A stretch of DNA of 48,734 nucleotides, counting the filler, from Sphacelaria rigidula (lineage: Eukaryota): the NCBI GenBank assembly GCA_964200075.2. It is 3 parts of 3 records of this genome, joined end to end, with 100 filler letters (N's around TTAATTAATTAA, not from the genome) between each part and the next. Parts side by side here need not be neighbours in the genome. Positions count along the whole stretch, not along the records: positions 1 to 16,181 come from CAXNAA020001453.1; 2 more parts are not named here. One strand, given 5' to 3'. The stretch's first letter is position 1, and every line of letters begins with the position of its first letter. Below, in pieces: positions 1-11,610 of this stretch. A model generated the notes under the pieces. It searched no databases. It was not told the DNA's origin and worked only from the letters and a program-made list of their open reading frames with translations. The position numbers and the translations under genes are program-made.

Positions 1-47
1 TGAACGTGCCGAGTGTACGCAGCATGCGTTCGGATATCGCACCATGA

Positions 48-227
48 CTACCGCCGCGAACGCCCCTGACTACGGTAGAGCAAGTGCTCGGCGATGGCGG
101 TCGCCTCACCGTCGAAGTACTTGTCTATATCTACGTGCGTCGGGTACTCGTGGCCGCCGCTCGCGTGTTGCGCCATGACGTTTGATACCAGACGGAGGTG
201 TGGAGCTAGTACGACGCTCAGGCAGTA
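48..227 (-). CDS. Possible orphan terminal exon of an unidentified gene
   Basis: A pyrimidine-rich TCTGTCTGTTCAG acceptor is followed by a GC-rich open frame YCLSVVLAPHLRLVSNVMAQHASGGHEYPTHVDIDKYFDGEATAIAEHLLYRSQGRSRR*. No family recognised and no upstream exon identified. Confidence 0.25.
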   Translation of the reverse strand, partial: YCLSVVLAPHLRLVSNVMAQHASGGHEYPTHVDIDKYFDGEATAIAEHLLYRSQGRSRR

Positions 228-949
228 CTGAACAGACAGACATGCACAGTCTTCCGAAGATGCTCACACACCTGCGTATTTATTATATAATCTATGGTTG
301 ATCAGGAATGATCAAAATGGGTTATGAGGTTGTGTTTGAACGAAACAAGGAAAGAGAATGCCACCTGCGGACTTCAAGCATGAAAACTACGGGACTATAG
401 TTCATACCAGGGCTCACGGCAATAGACACACTACGCATTAGCGATTTCACCACTAACCCATCCACACGTGGTAGGTCGGCCATGCCCCATACGCGCTCGA
501 GTATCCATGGGCCACAAATATGTGAAAATGTGAACGTGCGAAGAAGAAAATATCATTCTGTAGAAAATTGAAAGATATACCGTGTACGTCTCCATGGTAC
601 GGGCAGGCTCAAGAACAGCAGTCCGAAACACCCATAAATCTTCCCAAGTCACCCACCGCGTTCAATCGCGTTTGATCATGATTACCGACAATCGCGTTCG
701 GTCATGCCTACTGAGAAAAAAGCCGTTGAAGATCACTAACCGTGTAGAAAAACAGACAGACTGGCGCGCTGGCCTCGCCCAAGCTCAAGTCCAACGTGCG
801 GTGGAAGTGAAGACAAGGGTCGTATCAAAAGTGCTCCCATCACTTTTGAAAAAATCACTCGCGGAAAAGTGTTGCCACCACAACGACTAGTGATGAGTTT
901 CATCGACAAGCAGTCATGTTGAGATCGAAGCCCAGATCGGAGCACGCAC

Positions 950-2530
950 GTCTGGGTCCCAAGTTTTTGAATTTGCGCCTTTCGTCGAATACTGGACGGG
1001 TTTCCGTCAAACAACGGCTGCCGTGTGTGGATAGTGAGGTATCACTCGAACGACGCGCGTGAGTGGTGCGTGTTTATGCGCGTTTTTTCAGGGCTAGGTG
1101 TGTAGGTGTTGTGCTCCGTTGTTGCATCTTGTCGGCAGCATACCTTGGACCTGCTTGGACTAACGACCACACAAAAACATTGATTTGTGGAAAGTGCAGA
1201 TCTGGGTTCAAAGTTTCGAATTTAAATACAGCCCGTTGATCGGCGCAAGTAAACGGAGGGTTATGCGAGGAATGGGAGTTTTTCCGTTTTTTGTTGCACG
1301 CACGCGTCGCCTTTCATCGAATACAGGACGGATTTCCGTCAAACAAAGGCTGTCGTGTGTAGATGATGAGGTATCGCTTGAACGATGCGCGTGAGTGGTG
1401 GGTGTCCGTGCGTGTTTTTTCAGGGTCGTCAGCATACCTTGGACCTGCTTGGACTAACGACCACACAAGAACATTGATTTGTGGAACGTGCAGATCTGGG
1501 CTCTAAATTTTCGAATTTGAATACAGCCCGTCAATCGGCGCGAGTAACCGAAGGTTTAAGCGGAGACTGGTAGTTTTCCCGTTTTTTGTTGCACGCACGC
1601 ATCGCCTTTCATCGAATACTGGACGGATATCCGTCAAACAAAGGCTGTGGTGTGTGGATGATGAGGTATTACTTGAACGATGCGCGTGGGTGGTGGGTAT
1701 ATCTGTGCGTCTTTTTCAGGGCTGGGTGTGCAGGTGTTGTGCTCCGTTGTTGCATCCTGTCGGCATCATTACACAGACCTTGAACCTGCTTGGACTAACG
1801 GCCACTGCCTCACCCGCCGCATTTCTCAACCTCCGTGCAGATCTATCTATCTGGGTTACAACTTCTTGCGTTTGAATATTTGAATACAGTCCGTCTTCAG
1901 ATTTCGAGCCGTGAATGAAATCAGCCGAAGGACTAAAACATGGGACATGTCTTGTCTCATTGTACTGCAGCACAAACACACTCCGCTCTCATGTGCCGTA
2001 CCTATCACTGTTCTGGAGTGTGTTTAGACCTTGCAAAGACGGTTTGGCCTCCGCTGAGATTGTTTGATTGCTGTATTATTGTTGATTTCGTCTCTCTGTA
2101 ACCAAGTTGTAACATAAAGGATCAATCAGGACGCTGTGATTTTGCAACAAGAGAAGCTGATGCATACTGTATACAGTACACCTTCAGGTTCTAAAACTAA
2201 ATTCATGCGAAGACTGGGAGTTTTTCCGCTTTTTGGTTGCACGCACGCGTCGCCTTTCATCGAATACTGGATGGATTTCCGTCAAACAAAGGCTGTTGTG
2301 TGTGGATGTCTGTGCGTGTTTTTTCAGGGCTGGGTGTGCAGGTGTTATGCTCGGTTGTTGCATCTTGCGAAGGCGGTTTGGTCTCCGCTGAGATTGCTTG
2401 GTGTGCTGTATTGTGTTCATCTCTCTGTAACCAAGCTGTAACATGAAGCATTAATCAGGACGCTGTAATTTTGCAACGAGAGAAGCTGATGCATACTGTA
2501 CACAGTCCATCTTCAGGTTGTAAATCTAGA
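950..2530. repeat. Mosaic tandem repeat array (~300-bp units)
   Basis: The core CGCCTTTCATCGAATACTGGACGGATTTCCGTCAAACAAAGGCTG recurs near 976, 1308, 1603 and 2251. A second block (GGTTTGGxCTCCGCTGAGATTG...GAGAAGCTGATGCATACTGTA...CTTCAGGTT) is duplicated at about 2030-2200 and 2365-2528. Confidence 0.85.
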
Positions 2531-2999
2531 AAACACTGCAGAACTACCGTGTTGTCTTGTGTTGAGGGTAGTATTCTGTACTCCATACACCACTGCAAAA
2601 GTATATTGTTTTGAGTGTACTACCCTGTACTCCATATAATGGCGTCATGGTTCGAGCAGTCTTTCAAAAAGTTCTGCTCGTTTTTTTGAAAATTATTCCG
2701 AAAAAACGAGAGGGTTGTTTGTCACAGAAATCTAATGCCGAATCTGGATTAGCCTGAGACAACAACCAATTCGAAAATTGGAATTAACCACATGTCTCAT
2801 TTGTGACGCATACCGTGAAGCGCTGACCAGAGAGGCCTTGCCTGAGATACGGTTTGAGCGAGCTTTCAGGCAGGATACTCGACAGCAACTAAAAGAAGCC
2901 CGGACAATTTCGTCATCGAACTGACTACCTTGAGCAGTTCTATGCTTACATTTGTACGAGTACGAATAGCTCTGACGTTTTAATTTCATTTCATAGAAT

Positions 3000-3900
3000 C
3001 AAAACGACTGTCGAGAGCTGAGAACGTGCCCTTTTCCCTGCTCCCGCCAGGTGTAAGAGAGAACGATGCCACGGTAGTCTCCTATCTGAACTCCGGAATT
3101 TTCTTCGCGATACTCAACACCAAAGTTCAAAGCACAACTCTCAGAACTGAGCTGAGAAATCCATTTTCGCTCAGAATCGTTCCTAGGCCGGCTCAGTTCA
3201 TACAGATGCCCCGGCGAGACTCTGAACGGTGAGAGGTGGATCCGAGGTGCCGGCTTCCGTCCATCCCTCCCCAGGCGATATACACCGCAAGGGGCCAAGA
3301 AAAGCAAGCCTTCTCGTACATCTTTGATCGAGATCATGGGCAGGTTATCGGTAAGCATGCTTACTTCTATCGCTGACGCCATGGTGCATATGATAATTAT
3401 TCCGACTGCTGCCGAGATAGCCCCCTCCCCCAAAACCGGCCGAAAATGTGCACGAAGGCGATGATCATAACTGCCGTTGAAGCTGGTTTCGTACTGCACG
3501 ACGCGACTGATTTGGGCGTTACAGCTGAGTTCGGACTGCTACACGCCTCTCATGTGGGCGAAATTGCCGCAAACAAGCCCAATGGTGGGATCGCAGCCGG
3601 TTCGTTGGATGGTCTCCGGTGCACTTTTCGTGGGGGGGCTATCTCGGCATTAGTCTTCCCAAGTCACCATACGTCCTGGAGAGACGTACAACTGTAATAA
3701 GCCGACGAAGAACCGGCGGGCAGTACTAACGTCATGAAAATCCGATGATCGTTTAAAGCAGTACGTACAAGAGAGGAATGCGCCGTTTCCCCTCAGTTTT
3801 TGTTTGTACATACAGGTAATATTAATGGGCAACGGTCCAAGCTCTAAAGCAGGTCGATATTTGGTTCCCAACCTACATATGTTCATGTATAGCACGACGG
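3000..3900 (-). mobile_element. Decayed Ty1/copia-like integrase region (tentative)
   Basis: Fragments in shifting frames resemble copia motifs in the expected order: RLG (HxRLGH), EAC (CxxC), FVHIFG (VHxDxxG), RSESRRG...TILSENGF (RSDxGxE...FLxENGI). Heavily degraded. Confidence 0.3.
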
Positions 3901-4512
3901 CCTCAATAAACAGAAGAACGACCACTAAACGCTAAGAAATTCCATGGGATAAATTTTTGGAACCCCCTCCTTGAGAAATATTACCCATCATTCTTTCAAT
4001 ACTCGTATATTGCAAGATAATGTAGAGAACAGGTACTTTGTTCTTTACGCCTCCTTACGTATACCGCAACGTGCGCCTCGTGCTTCCACTCCTAGACACT
4101 AAATGACTTCTCGAGTGCGTCCGAACCAAGGGTCTCGGTCAATTTTGAACACTGAGCTTATATTGCAAGAGCTAGCGTGGACTTGATATCTTATTGGGTG
4201 TCCGTACACTCCAGCGCCTTGCGCTTTCCTTGCTTACAACATGTTTCTGTATGTTCCGTTCAGCCCTGGGCATGGGGGGGAGGGGGGAGGGGGTCTCAAC
4301 CTAAATAGAAATGGCGTGTCACGAGATACTGAAAATACTTCGCAATGTTCACCGGAATAGACCCTCCCCTCGATACGAATATAAAAAAGAACACAAATAT
4401 TCGATTTTGGGGACAGTGCGCCTTGAAAGGGAGCCCCTAGTTTACGCTCACGCCACCGCTTTTGGTTTAGTCATACAGTGCAACCGCTGCTCCGCAAGCA
4501 CCGCAAACGGAA

Positions 4513-4806
4513 CTACCCCTCCGCCTCCCCCCCACCGTTTTGCCACGGCCCCGCTGTCACCGACTCCTCCACCGCCGCGTGCATCACCCTTGGCATCAAC
4601 TTCTGCAATCCTAGCGGCTCCGATATAACCCAGGCCACGTCCGGGTGCCGCGCCGCGGCCGCGCGCATGAGGGACGGGATGTCGCTCGTCACGTGTCGAC
4701 CGGGGCTCAAGAAGAAGGGGTGAAGTACTACCTTTGCAGCCCCTGCGGCAACGCAACGGTCAAACGCCTGCTCAATCGTCGGCTCTGCCATTTCCATGTG
4801 TGCCGC
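4513..4806 (-). CDS. sirB: Sirohydrochlorin ferrochelatase (SirB/CbiX family), exon 2 of 2
   Basis: Phase-0 CAG acceptor at 4809-4807. The exon reads AAHMEMAEPTIEQAFDRCVAAGAAKVVLHPFFLSPGRHVTSDIPSL...EPLG and ends in TAG at 4515-4513. Joined to exon 1 it gives VVE|AAHMEMAEP, matching plant SirB-type VEPAHMELAEP and PFFLxPGRH motifs. Total 212 aa; intron 4807-14910. Confidence 0.92.
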   Translation of the reverse strand, partial: AAHMEMAEPTIEQAFDRCVAAGAAKVVLHPFFLSPGRHVTSDIPSLMRAAAARHPDVAWVISEPLGLQKLMPRVMHAAVEESVTAGPWQNGGGEAEG

Positions 4807-5249
4807 CTGATCGTGTTGATGGGGTGGGTATTTGCCGCGTGTAGCGGCGAAGGATAAAATAATGTAGGAGCGGGGGAGGGTAAAGCCGAAGAGATTTCGA
4901 TACGGGTATTATTACCAGGGAAAAACAGCATGGTCTTCGCGTAATAACAGACAGGTCACCACTGATGTTTTACACTAGCCTCCCTTTGAGGTTACCTGTG
5001 TGTCTGGACAATGAACGGCACAGTGGTTGCCCGCTAGTAACATACCATACCTGATGCACAAACGTTTGTGTCAGGCTAATAGTGCAGCCCGCTGACCCTG
5101 CTTGTTAAGTAAACCGGAAGGCTCAGCCTGACTTTGTACGAACGTCTCGCACCAGTGGGCCATTACTGTAGTGACTTGGCGGCTACCTTGAAATATCAAG
5201 TACTTGATCCAGAATTTTCGCCCGCCTGTCAACATTGAAATTGGCGGCA

Positions 5250-5800
5250 GCATACACGTTTTCAGAAGACTTCCCCCTCTTGACCAGGTGCAGCTGACAG
5301 TGTGTTGTCGCACATATACATCAGATTTCTGCTGCTCAAGTCTGATGGGATGGGGGAAGCTGCCTGTCGAACTTGACGCACCGAACTCCCCTATACGAGT
5401 GGGTCGGCGTGTGGGAACATGGGTTTTGAATGATCTCATATATCACTAGACCAAGGGGTTCGCGGTTTGATTGATACGGTACAAAAAAAATGTGAACGTG
5501 CTCGACGATCAAGGGAACATACAGGAGGCATTGGTCAATTTTGAAATGCTCTGGATAGGCGTACAGGATTAGTCGTAGACGTGATGATGCTCTGAGCTCG
5601 TGCACGAATGCTCTGTAATGATGATGAGACTTCACGATCCAAAACACCTCAACACGGATGAATTTTGAACGGCAATTTTGGATATGGGCACGGTTCGGAA
5701 AAATCCATGATTCTGCAAAAACTTCTGAGACAATTCTTGGGTCATTCTCAGACCCGTGCACACCCGAAACACCTGAGAGTGACACGGTCTACCACTTGAA
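5250..5800 (+). mobile_element. Decayed Merlin (IS1595/ISXO2-like) DDE transposase remnant in the sirB intron
   Basis: LMGWGKLPVELDAPNSPIRVGRRVGTWV resembles IGGxGxxVEIDE...RGR...WV. Downstream, TVRKNP*FCKNF*D...VHTRNT*E resembles TVNHSxNFVD...HTxxIE. Multiple stops. Confidence 0.5.
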
Positions 5801-5949
5801 CGATTCTGTATCATGCACAGGCGTGCGTCAGTACACATACGCGCTTGTGCATGTCTCATACGGCTCACCGTATGTCATTCGATTTTGAACCGATTCGCCT
5901 CGAGTCAAGGAGGTCATGACTCGAGCCATGCATCGTGTATTCCAGGACA

Positions 5950-7230
5950 GTGGCATCAAAAGTTGATGTGTGCATGAGCGTCAAGTCCGGGCTTTGCGGT
6001 AGTTGTGTACCGCAGCAGCAAGGGTATTTGCGCCTCTGGTTTACGGTCCCCGTCATAGTGAACAGTCTAAAGCGTTCTCGGCGAATAGCCCAAAAATCTC
6101 AAAATGATCTAGGGCGCATCTTCGCACAGAAAAAAAAAAAATCGAAGATCGAAGTCGAAAATCTCCTTGAAGTACGAACTGTGATTGACACGGGGCTCTG
6201 AATAGCAACAACTCTGCTTTCGATTTTTTCCCCAGAACCCTGGGGAGGTCCCACCGACAGCAAAAAATGGTGTTCATGACGATTTTCATCGATAGGCGGC
6301 GTTGAAAGCTTGCCTGGATTGGTGAGGTATTACTGGTGGTCAGCGCGAGCTTGTCTAAATGCCACCGCGGGTCAGAAGCTTCCGAGCGTGCACCCGCGCC
6401 AATCAGCGCAGGGCATGCGGCATGGCGTACAGACACCCACAATAGAATGCGCGCACCTCGGTAGATAGCCCGATTCGCCTGGAAGACGTGGTGCATTGAC
6501 CGAGCGCGTTTTGTTCTGTCCGCACTGGGCGAACATGGACGATGCGTATATAAACGACTGCGTAATCTTCACACCTAGAGGTGCGCAATTTTTAGATCAT
6601 TTGGGTGCTGTATGATTGTTGCGAAAACAGTGGTTGCAACCGCAACCTCAATTCTTGACGGATGGAAGCAAAAACAAGCACATCATACGTGGTTGAGAAA
6701 TAATCTATATCGTGCGGCCTATCGAGCAATGTTCAGAGGCCACAATAGGTCCAATGGTCGGTCGGGGTTTGAAACTCCTTGGGTCGGCGATGGTTTATAA
6801 GATGTTGGTCGTCGTGGGGCCAAGAATCTCGTATACTTGCTTGAGGATTTTCGCTTCGGGTGCTGGACCTAGGTTTGTGAATCGGAATTGAAATCGCATT
6901 CGATTTCGACTTTGATCCTCCATTTTGCCAAGAGACGTCCTTAGGGCCTAAATATCTTAACAAGAGCAAAAAAAGCGTGCAGAAGAAGCATGTTGATTGT
7001 TCGCTGCGATACCACCCCCCCCCCCAAAAAAAAAAAAAAACAAGAAGCGAAAAAAGCGCCGACGCTTTTCTTCCTTCAGTTATTTGGGGATTTTTCGGGC
7101 CGTAACGTTTTTGGGCTGTTCGCCATGAAGGGGAACGCAACCAAGCGGTGCAATTACCCTTGCTGCGGCACACACACCTGTCACATAGCCCGGACTTGAG
7201 GCACAGGCACACGTCAACTTTTGGTGTCGA
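5950..7230. mobile_element. ~1.3-kb non-autonomous element with long diverged terminal inverted repeats
   Basis: About 5950-6100 (CAAAAGTTGATGTGTGC...CAAGTCCGGGCT...GCAGCAAGGGTA) is an imperfect reverse complement of about 7085-7230. No TSD could be read. Confidence 0.6.
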
Positions 7231-10200
7231 CCTAGATCAATTGTTCCGAGATTTTCGGCGGCGAGTCGGCTCGCGCGCGCGTCTCGGGGCCCTACACTGA
7301 GACCAAGTGACTTTCGGGCGGCCGTTTCGACGGCGTTCGAGCCCCCGGGCCGCGCGGCACCCGACGGCGTGGAGAAAGTTCGGGGTCAGGAATAGGGTTA
7401 GGGTTACCACCGGCTAGGGTTGGCCAAGACTGGGGCATTGTCCAGAACCCACAACCCTCAGCTCGAATCATACACAAACTATATGGTATTGAGCTACCTT
7501 TGACACGCTAATATTACAGGGAGTCAAGGCAGGTTAACGCAGAGGGTGCGTTAAAAGGGGACGGTGCACGCGTTCCACGCCCTCTGACTTGAGCCACGCT
7601 GAGGCAGGCGCACAGCTTAATTACCTCATGGGGCGATGGAGGCGATGTGCCATGGCTATCTCTCATGCACTTCATATTTCTTCTCATGTTGGGCATCAGA
7701 ACTATTTGCGAACAGTTGTGGCGAGATTCAGAGGTATTTTGGTCTTACACGCGGGAATGTTGCATTCAAGGGGTATGGCATACAGTTGCACGCTCAAAAT
7801 GGCAAACAGCCGACCGCGTAGAAAACTGCGCTTCAAGGCGCACAGGTAACGAAAAAAGACTAGGGGCCGTTCTATCCAGGCACCGTTTTCCAGCTCAACC
7901 TAGCAAGCAGTTATCAGATATCGGGCGAGCATCACGACAGGCGCGCGGGGCGGCGGGCTAGAGATACTGATCGGTTTAATGTCAGTACACCCAGATTTGG
8001 ACGACAGCGCCCTGCTGGCAACATACACATCACAGTGGAAGCCGTGGACACGTGAACAGGCAGCAGGATGTAGAAATGCTACGCGAGGTGGAAAGTTACA
8101 GACCATTCCCATTCGTAATGTATCCTTAGTAGCACTTCGTTTCGCTTTGCATGAGTGTTGCTCCTCTTCAATGATATGGAGGCGTTATTTTTTTAAGATC
8201 AGGCGACCCAACACAGCACACCTGGCGTCCAATGATGCTGAAACTTGACGTGTGTGTGGCTTGAAGTCGCAGGTACGTGCTGACGCAGCAAATTCGGCGA
8301 CCCAAGGCGTGCTGTGCCCAGCGTGGCTTGAAAACATGATAATGCACGATGCTGCGATGATTCCAAAATCTGGCAAACTTTCCAATGGAAATTCTAGAGA
8401 GTAACGATATGAAATCCGCGCGGAGTCAAAGGTAGATCTTGTCAGCCTTGTTGTTTCGTCGACCGCCTGTCGGTCGAGGCTGGCACCAAGACGGGAGATA
8501 ACCACCAGCCAAGGTTCTCCATATGCTGGAGCCAGATGTCCTTGAGTTTTACCCGCCGTATCGAGCAAGAGGCGGCCGCACAACGTAGCCAAAGAGGAGA
8601 GTGTCTTCGGCTGAGTAAAACTGCGGACATGGTCGGGCAGGTGGCAACGCCTCCTTTATCACAGTGCCAGACTTGGCGTGGCGGTTACCACGACGGCCTG
8701 AGAATGACAGGGGGCCGTAGCTGTAGTTTTCTTCTATCAGAATCAACCGGATATTCTTGGGCGACATGCTCCCACATGAAGATATTGACCTTCCTCTGAC
8801 AGACGCGTGATCGCTTTTTGCGGAGTTTTGAAACATTCACTTGTTTCCAGAATAAGACAGAGTTCAGGTTGCAATTCAAACTTGTTCTTCACGGGTGGGT
8901 CGCGGGTATTCCAATCCTGCCAAGGCGTGGTTCGCATCGTACACTGTCAGGACAATAGTACTCGTCGTACTATCACTAGGAACACAGCGTCAACTTCGTC
9001 GGGTATTGCCGTGGCGGGATACATGATGTGCATAATATAGACAATGTAACTCTTCTCCCTTCCGCAGTGATATAAATCCTTTCCCATCCGGGAGCCAACT
9101 GCGCAGTGACTGGTCTGTAGCACCAGGTATCCGTGTTGATGTGGAGACCTCTCTTTCAAGGACGTCTGCCACTCTTGTCTCATTATATTACAGGCGTTAG
9201 GGCATGACCGTTTCCAATTGACGCCACGGATGATGAATTATAATCGCTGTAGAATGCCCCTGTAATATATTGAAAAATGAACAACACTGGCATGTACGCT
9301 TGGTCAGGAAAATTGGAAGGAAATATCCCAGGTTCACGAGAGGAGCGAAAACCCCCTTCGCAAAAAGGATTCCAGATAGCGTTTTTTCACGCCCTGGAAT
9401 CCCCTTGGGTTTTGTTGGGTCTCCACAACCGTTGAAGAACGACAATATGTTAGAGGTAATCGTCGGTCTTCATTCTTGTGCCGTTAGGCAGAGACCAGGT
9501 AGACACCCCGATGGAGTCTGACTTGTGTGCGGGATTCTTCTCCAGGCCGTAAAAAAAGGCGGTGGAGAGATGTTTTAGGTCCTTCGATAGTCTGCCGTGA
9601 GTGGTGTGGAGAGTGAGTTCTGAGGGGCGTAGAGTGATCACCAGCGGGTATATTTTGGATACAAGAGGGTAGAAGAATGAGGGGAAATGGGGCGGGGGGG
9701 ATAAAAATACTATATGGTTGTGGGTCGCCCTACCCCATTCTCGGACAAAACGAGGCCTCCTGCGCAGCTCTTGTTGCTGCCCGCGGCGCTGCGTTGCCTA
9801 TAGGTGCGCCCGGAAGTTCGTGATAGTCGATTCCCGTGCTCTGCGTAAAGGCCGTGGTCGTCTTGCCTTAGCGTCAGGACTAGATTTAGATCGATTCAAC
9901 CCTTAAACAGCGAGTGTCGCCTCAGGACAGTTTCACAGGATGACAGACAGTCTAGGGACATCCGGGAGTTTCCAGGGGCCGGGGGGGGGGGGGGGGGGGG
10001 GGGGTCACTTTTGACGGAGGGTGGGGGCCTGTTCGCACACCAACCGAAAAGCTCACCGAGTCAAACCACGTTTGTTTGGAAGTTTCCCACGGAAAATTAT
10101 AAGCCAGGAACGACGCCTGAGAGGGACGTCATGACTATTCTGACCAATCACGGCTATCAAAACGATCGCTTTGTTTCCCTACAGATGGACTACAGGTGGA

Positions 10201-11285
10201 CTTCTTCGCTGTCTACTGGCATACTTCCTCCGTCCCCCAAGTCTGGCACGTTATGTTTGTGCGACCCCTTAACCGTGTCCGATTTGATTTTCGATTTTTT
10301 TACTGCATTCGTCGGCGTTTATTGAGCTAAAACCGACATTCTTTCTACAACGTGGGTGCTTGACTCATGCAGCCGCGCGGTCGAGAAAAAGTAGATCGGT
10401 CCGAGAACGGCAATTTTTAGCTCGTTTTTCTAGGAAAGCATGAGAGACCCGGGAGTACAAAAAATCGCGAAAAATGGGCCAGAAAATGTGAAAATCGCGA
10501 AACCACCATTGATTTTGGACATGTCCGTGATGTAAACCTACGCACGCCCCATCCGACATTTTGTTAGCATGTAATTACTAGAGCTCGACGTGCAAACGTC
10601 CAAAATCGGTCAGTGATGGGGTATAAATGGATCAAAAAGGGTAAAAAATGGGCACATCTTGACAGGATTTGAATATTGATGACGAACTTTTTTTTTTTTT
10701 TGTCAGCTTCGTTCGCGCTTCATCTTCCTGACGAACCCAACCTTGGGATGATCGGCAACGTTGGCATACCCATACGATTCAACGCCCATAACTTCCCAGC
10801 TTATAGGATAGAGGAAGTACTTCATTTTGGTCACGAAAATTCAACCATACATTACATGGGCACAACAAACGTCTTTTGTGTTCTGCTCGTGGTCTGTGCT
10901 TCCTGTCTGATCCCTCATGTGTCGCCAGCATAACTTCACTCTGTCTGTATGGTGCTGTGGAACACTAAGCAGAGGCATCAGCAGCCTACAGCAGATTGCG
11001 TTCAGTGAAGAGCGATGGCACGCTGACTGCTTCTTGCCGTTGTATCCAGTGGAAACATACAGCACACATACTGAATCTGCACGCAATTGACTGCAGGGTC
11101 AAAACCGGTCAGGGGTTCTCCGGGACTATTTTTTGTGTAGATGCCCAACATCCACACGATTCTTACAAAAGACGTTCTTTGTAGCGAGAAAATAGCGGTT
11201 TTGAACCCCGAACGTGGCACAGTCCATTTCAGTCCACCTGTGGGGGGGGTCGCCGTCTAAGGGTGTGTGTCTTCGCACATTAATT

Positions 11286-11610
11286 TTCGATCGAAAAAAT
11301 GCGGTCGGAGAATTTATATCGATCTGATAGATCCACGCTATTTCTGTTCCTAGCTGGCTTCAACCATTTTTTACAGTTAGTGCTGCGCGGACAAGAAGAA
11401 AAAACAATGAAGCTAAGCTTTTCCGATTGAAAACATGCGGTCGTAAGGCACGAAGGCGCACTTGACTCCTTTTATATTTTGCAGACCACCACGCCAGATA
11501 CCACCCGTTCACAGAACCATGCAAACTCCGCACAACTCATTATCAGCTACCACCGCGGACCCTGCAGCATAGAGCACAAGTTGAGCACAGGGATAAATAC
11601 ACTGCAGTCG
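11286..11610 (+). repeat. Dispersed repeat (partner 48328-48650)
   Basis: Shares TTTCGATCGAAAAA, AAACATGCGGTCGxAAGGCACGAAGG, CAGAACCATGCAAAC and CCCTGCAGCATAGAGCACxAGTTGAGCACAGG, in the same order, with 48328-48650. Confidence 0.85.

Noticed and set aside
4513..4520. Alternative sirB donor (GG|GTAGTT) splicing to the exon at 227-48
   Set aside because: The donor would be phase 2, while the coding-like frame of that exon needs phase 0; the chelatase domain is already complete before the TAG.
431..5785. HVHIF (HUH-like) motifs in the ORFs at 431-652 and 5336-5785, suggesting an IS200/Rep nuclease
   Set aside because: No catalytic Tyr motif context was found. The 5.3-5.8 kb region is better explained by Merlin-like motifs on the opposite strand.
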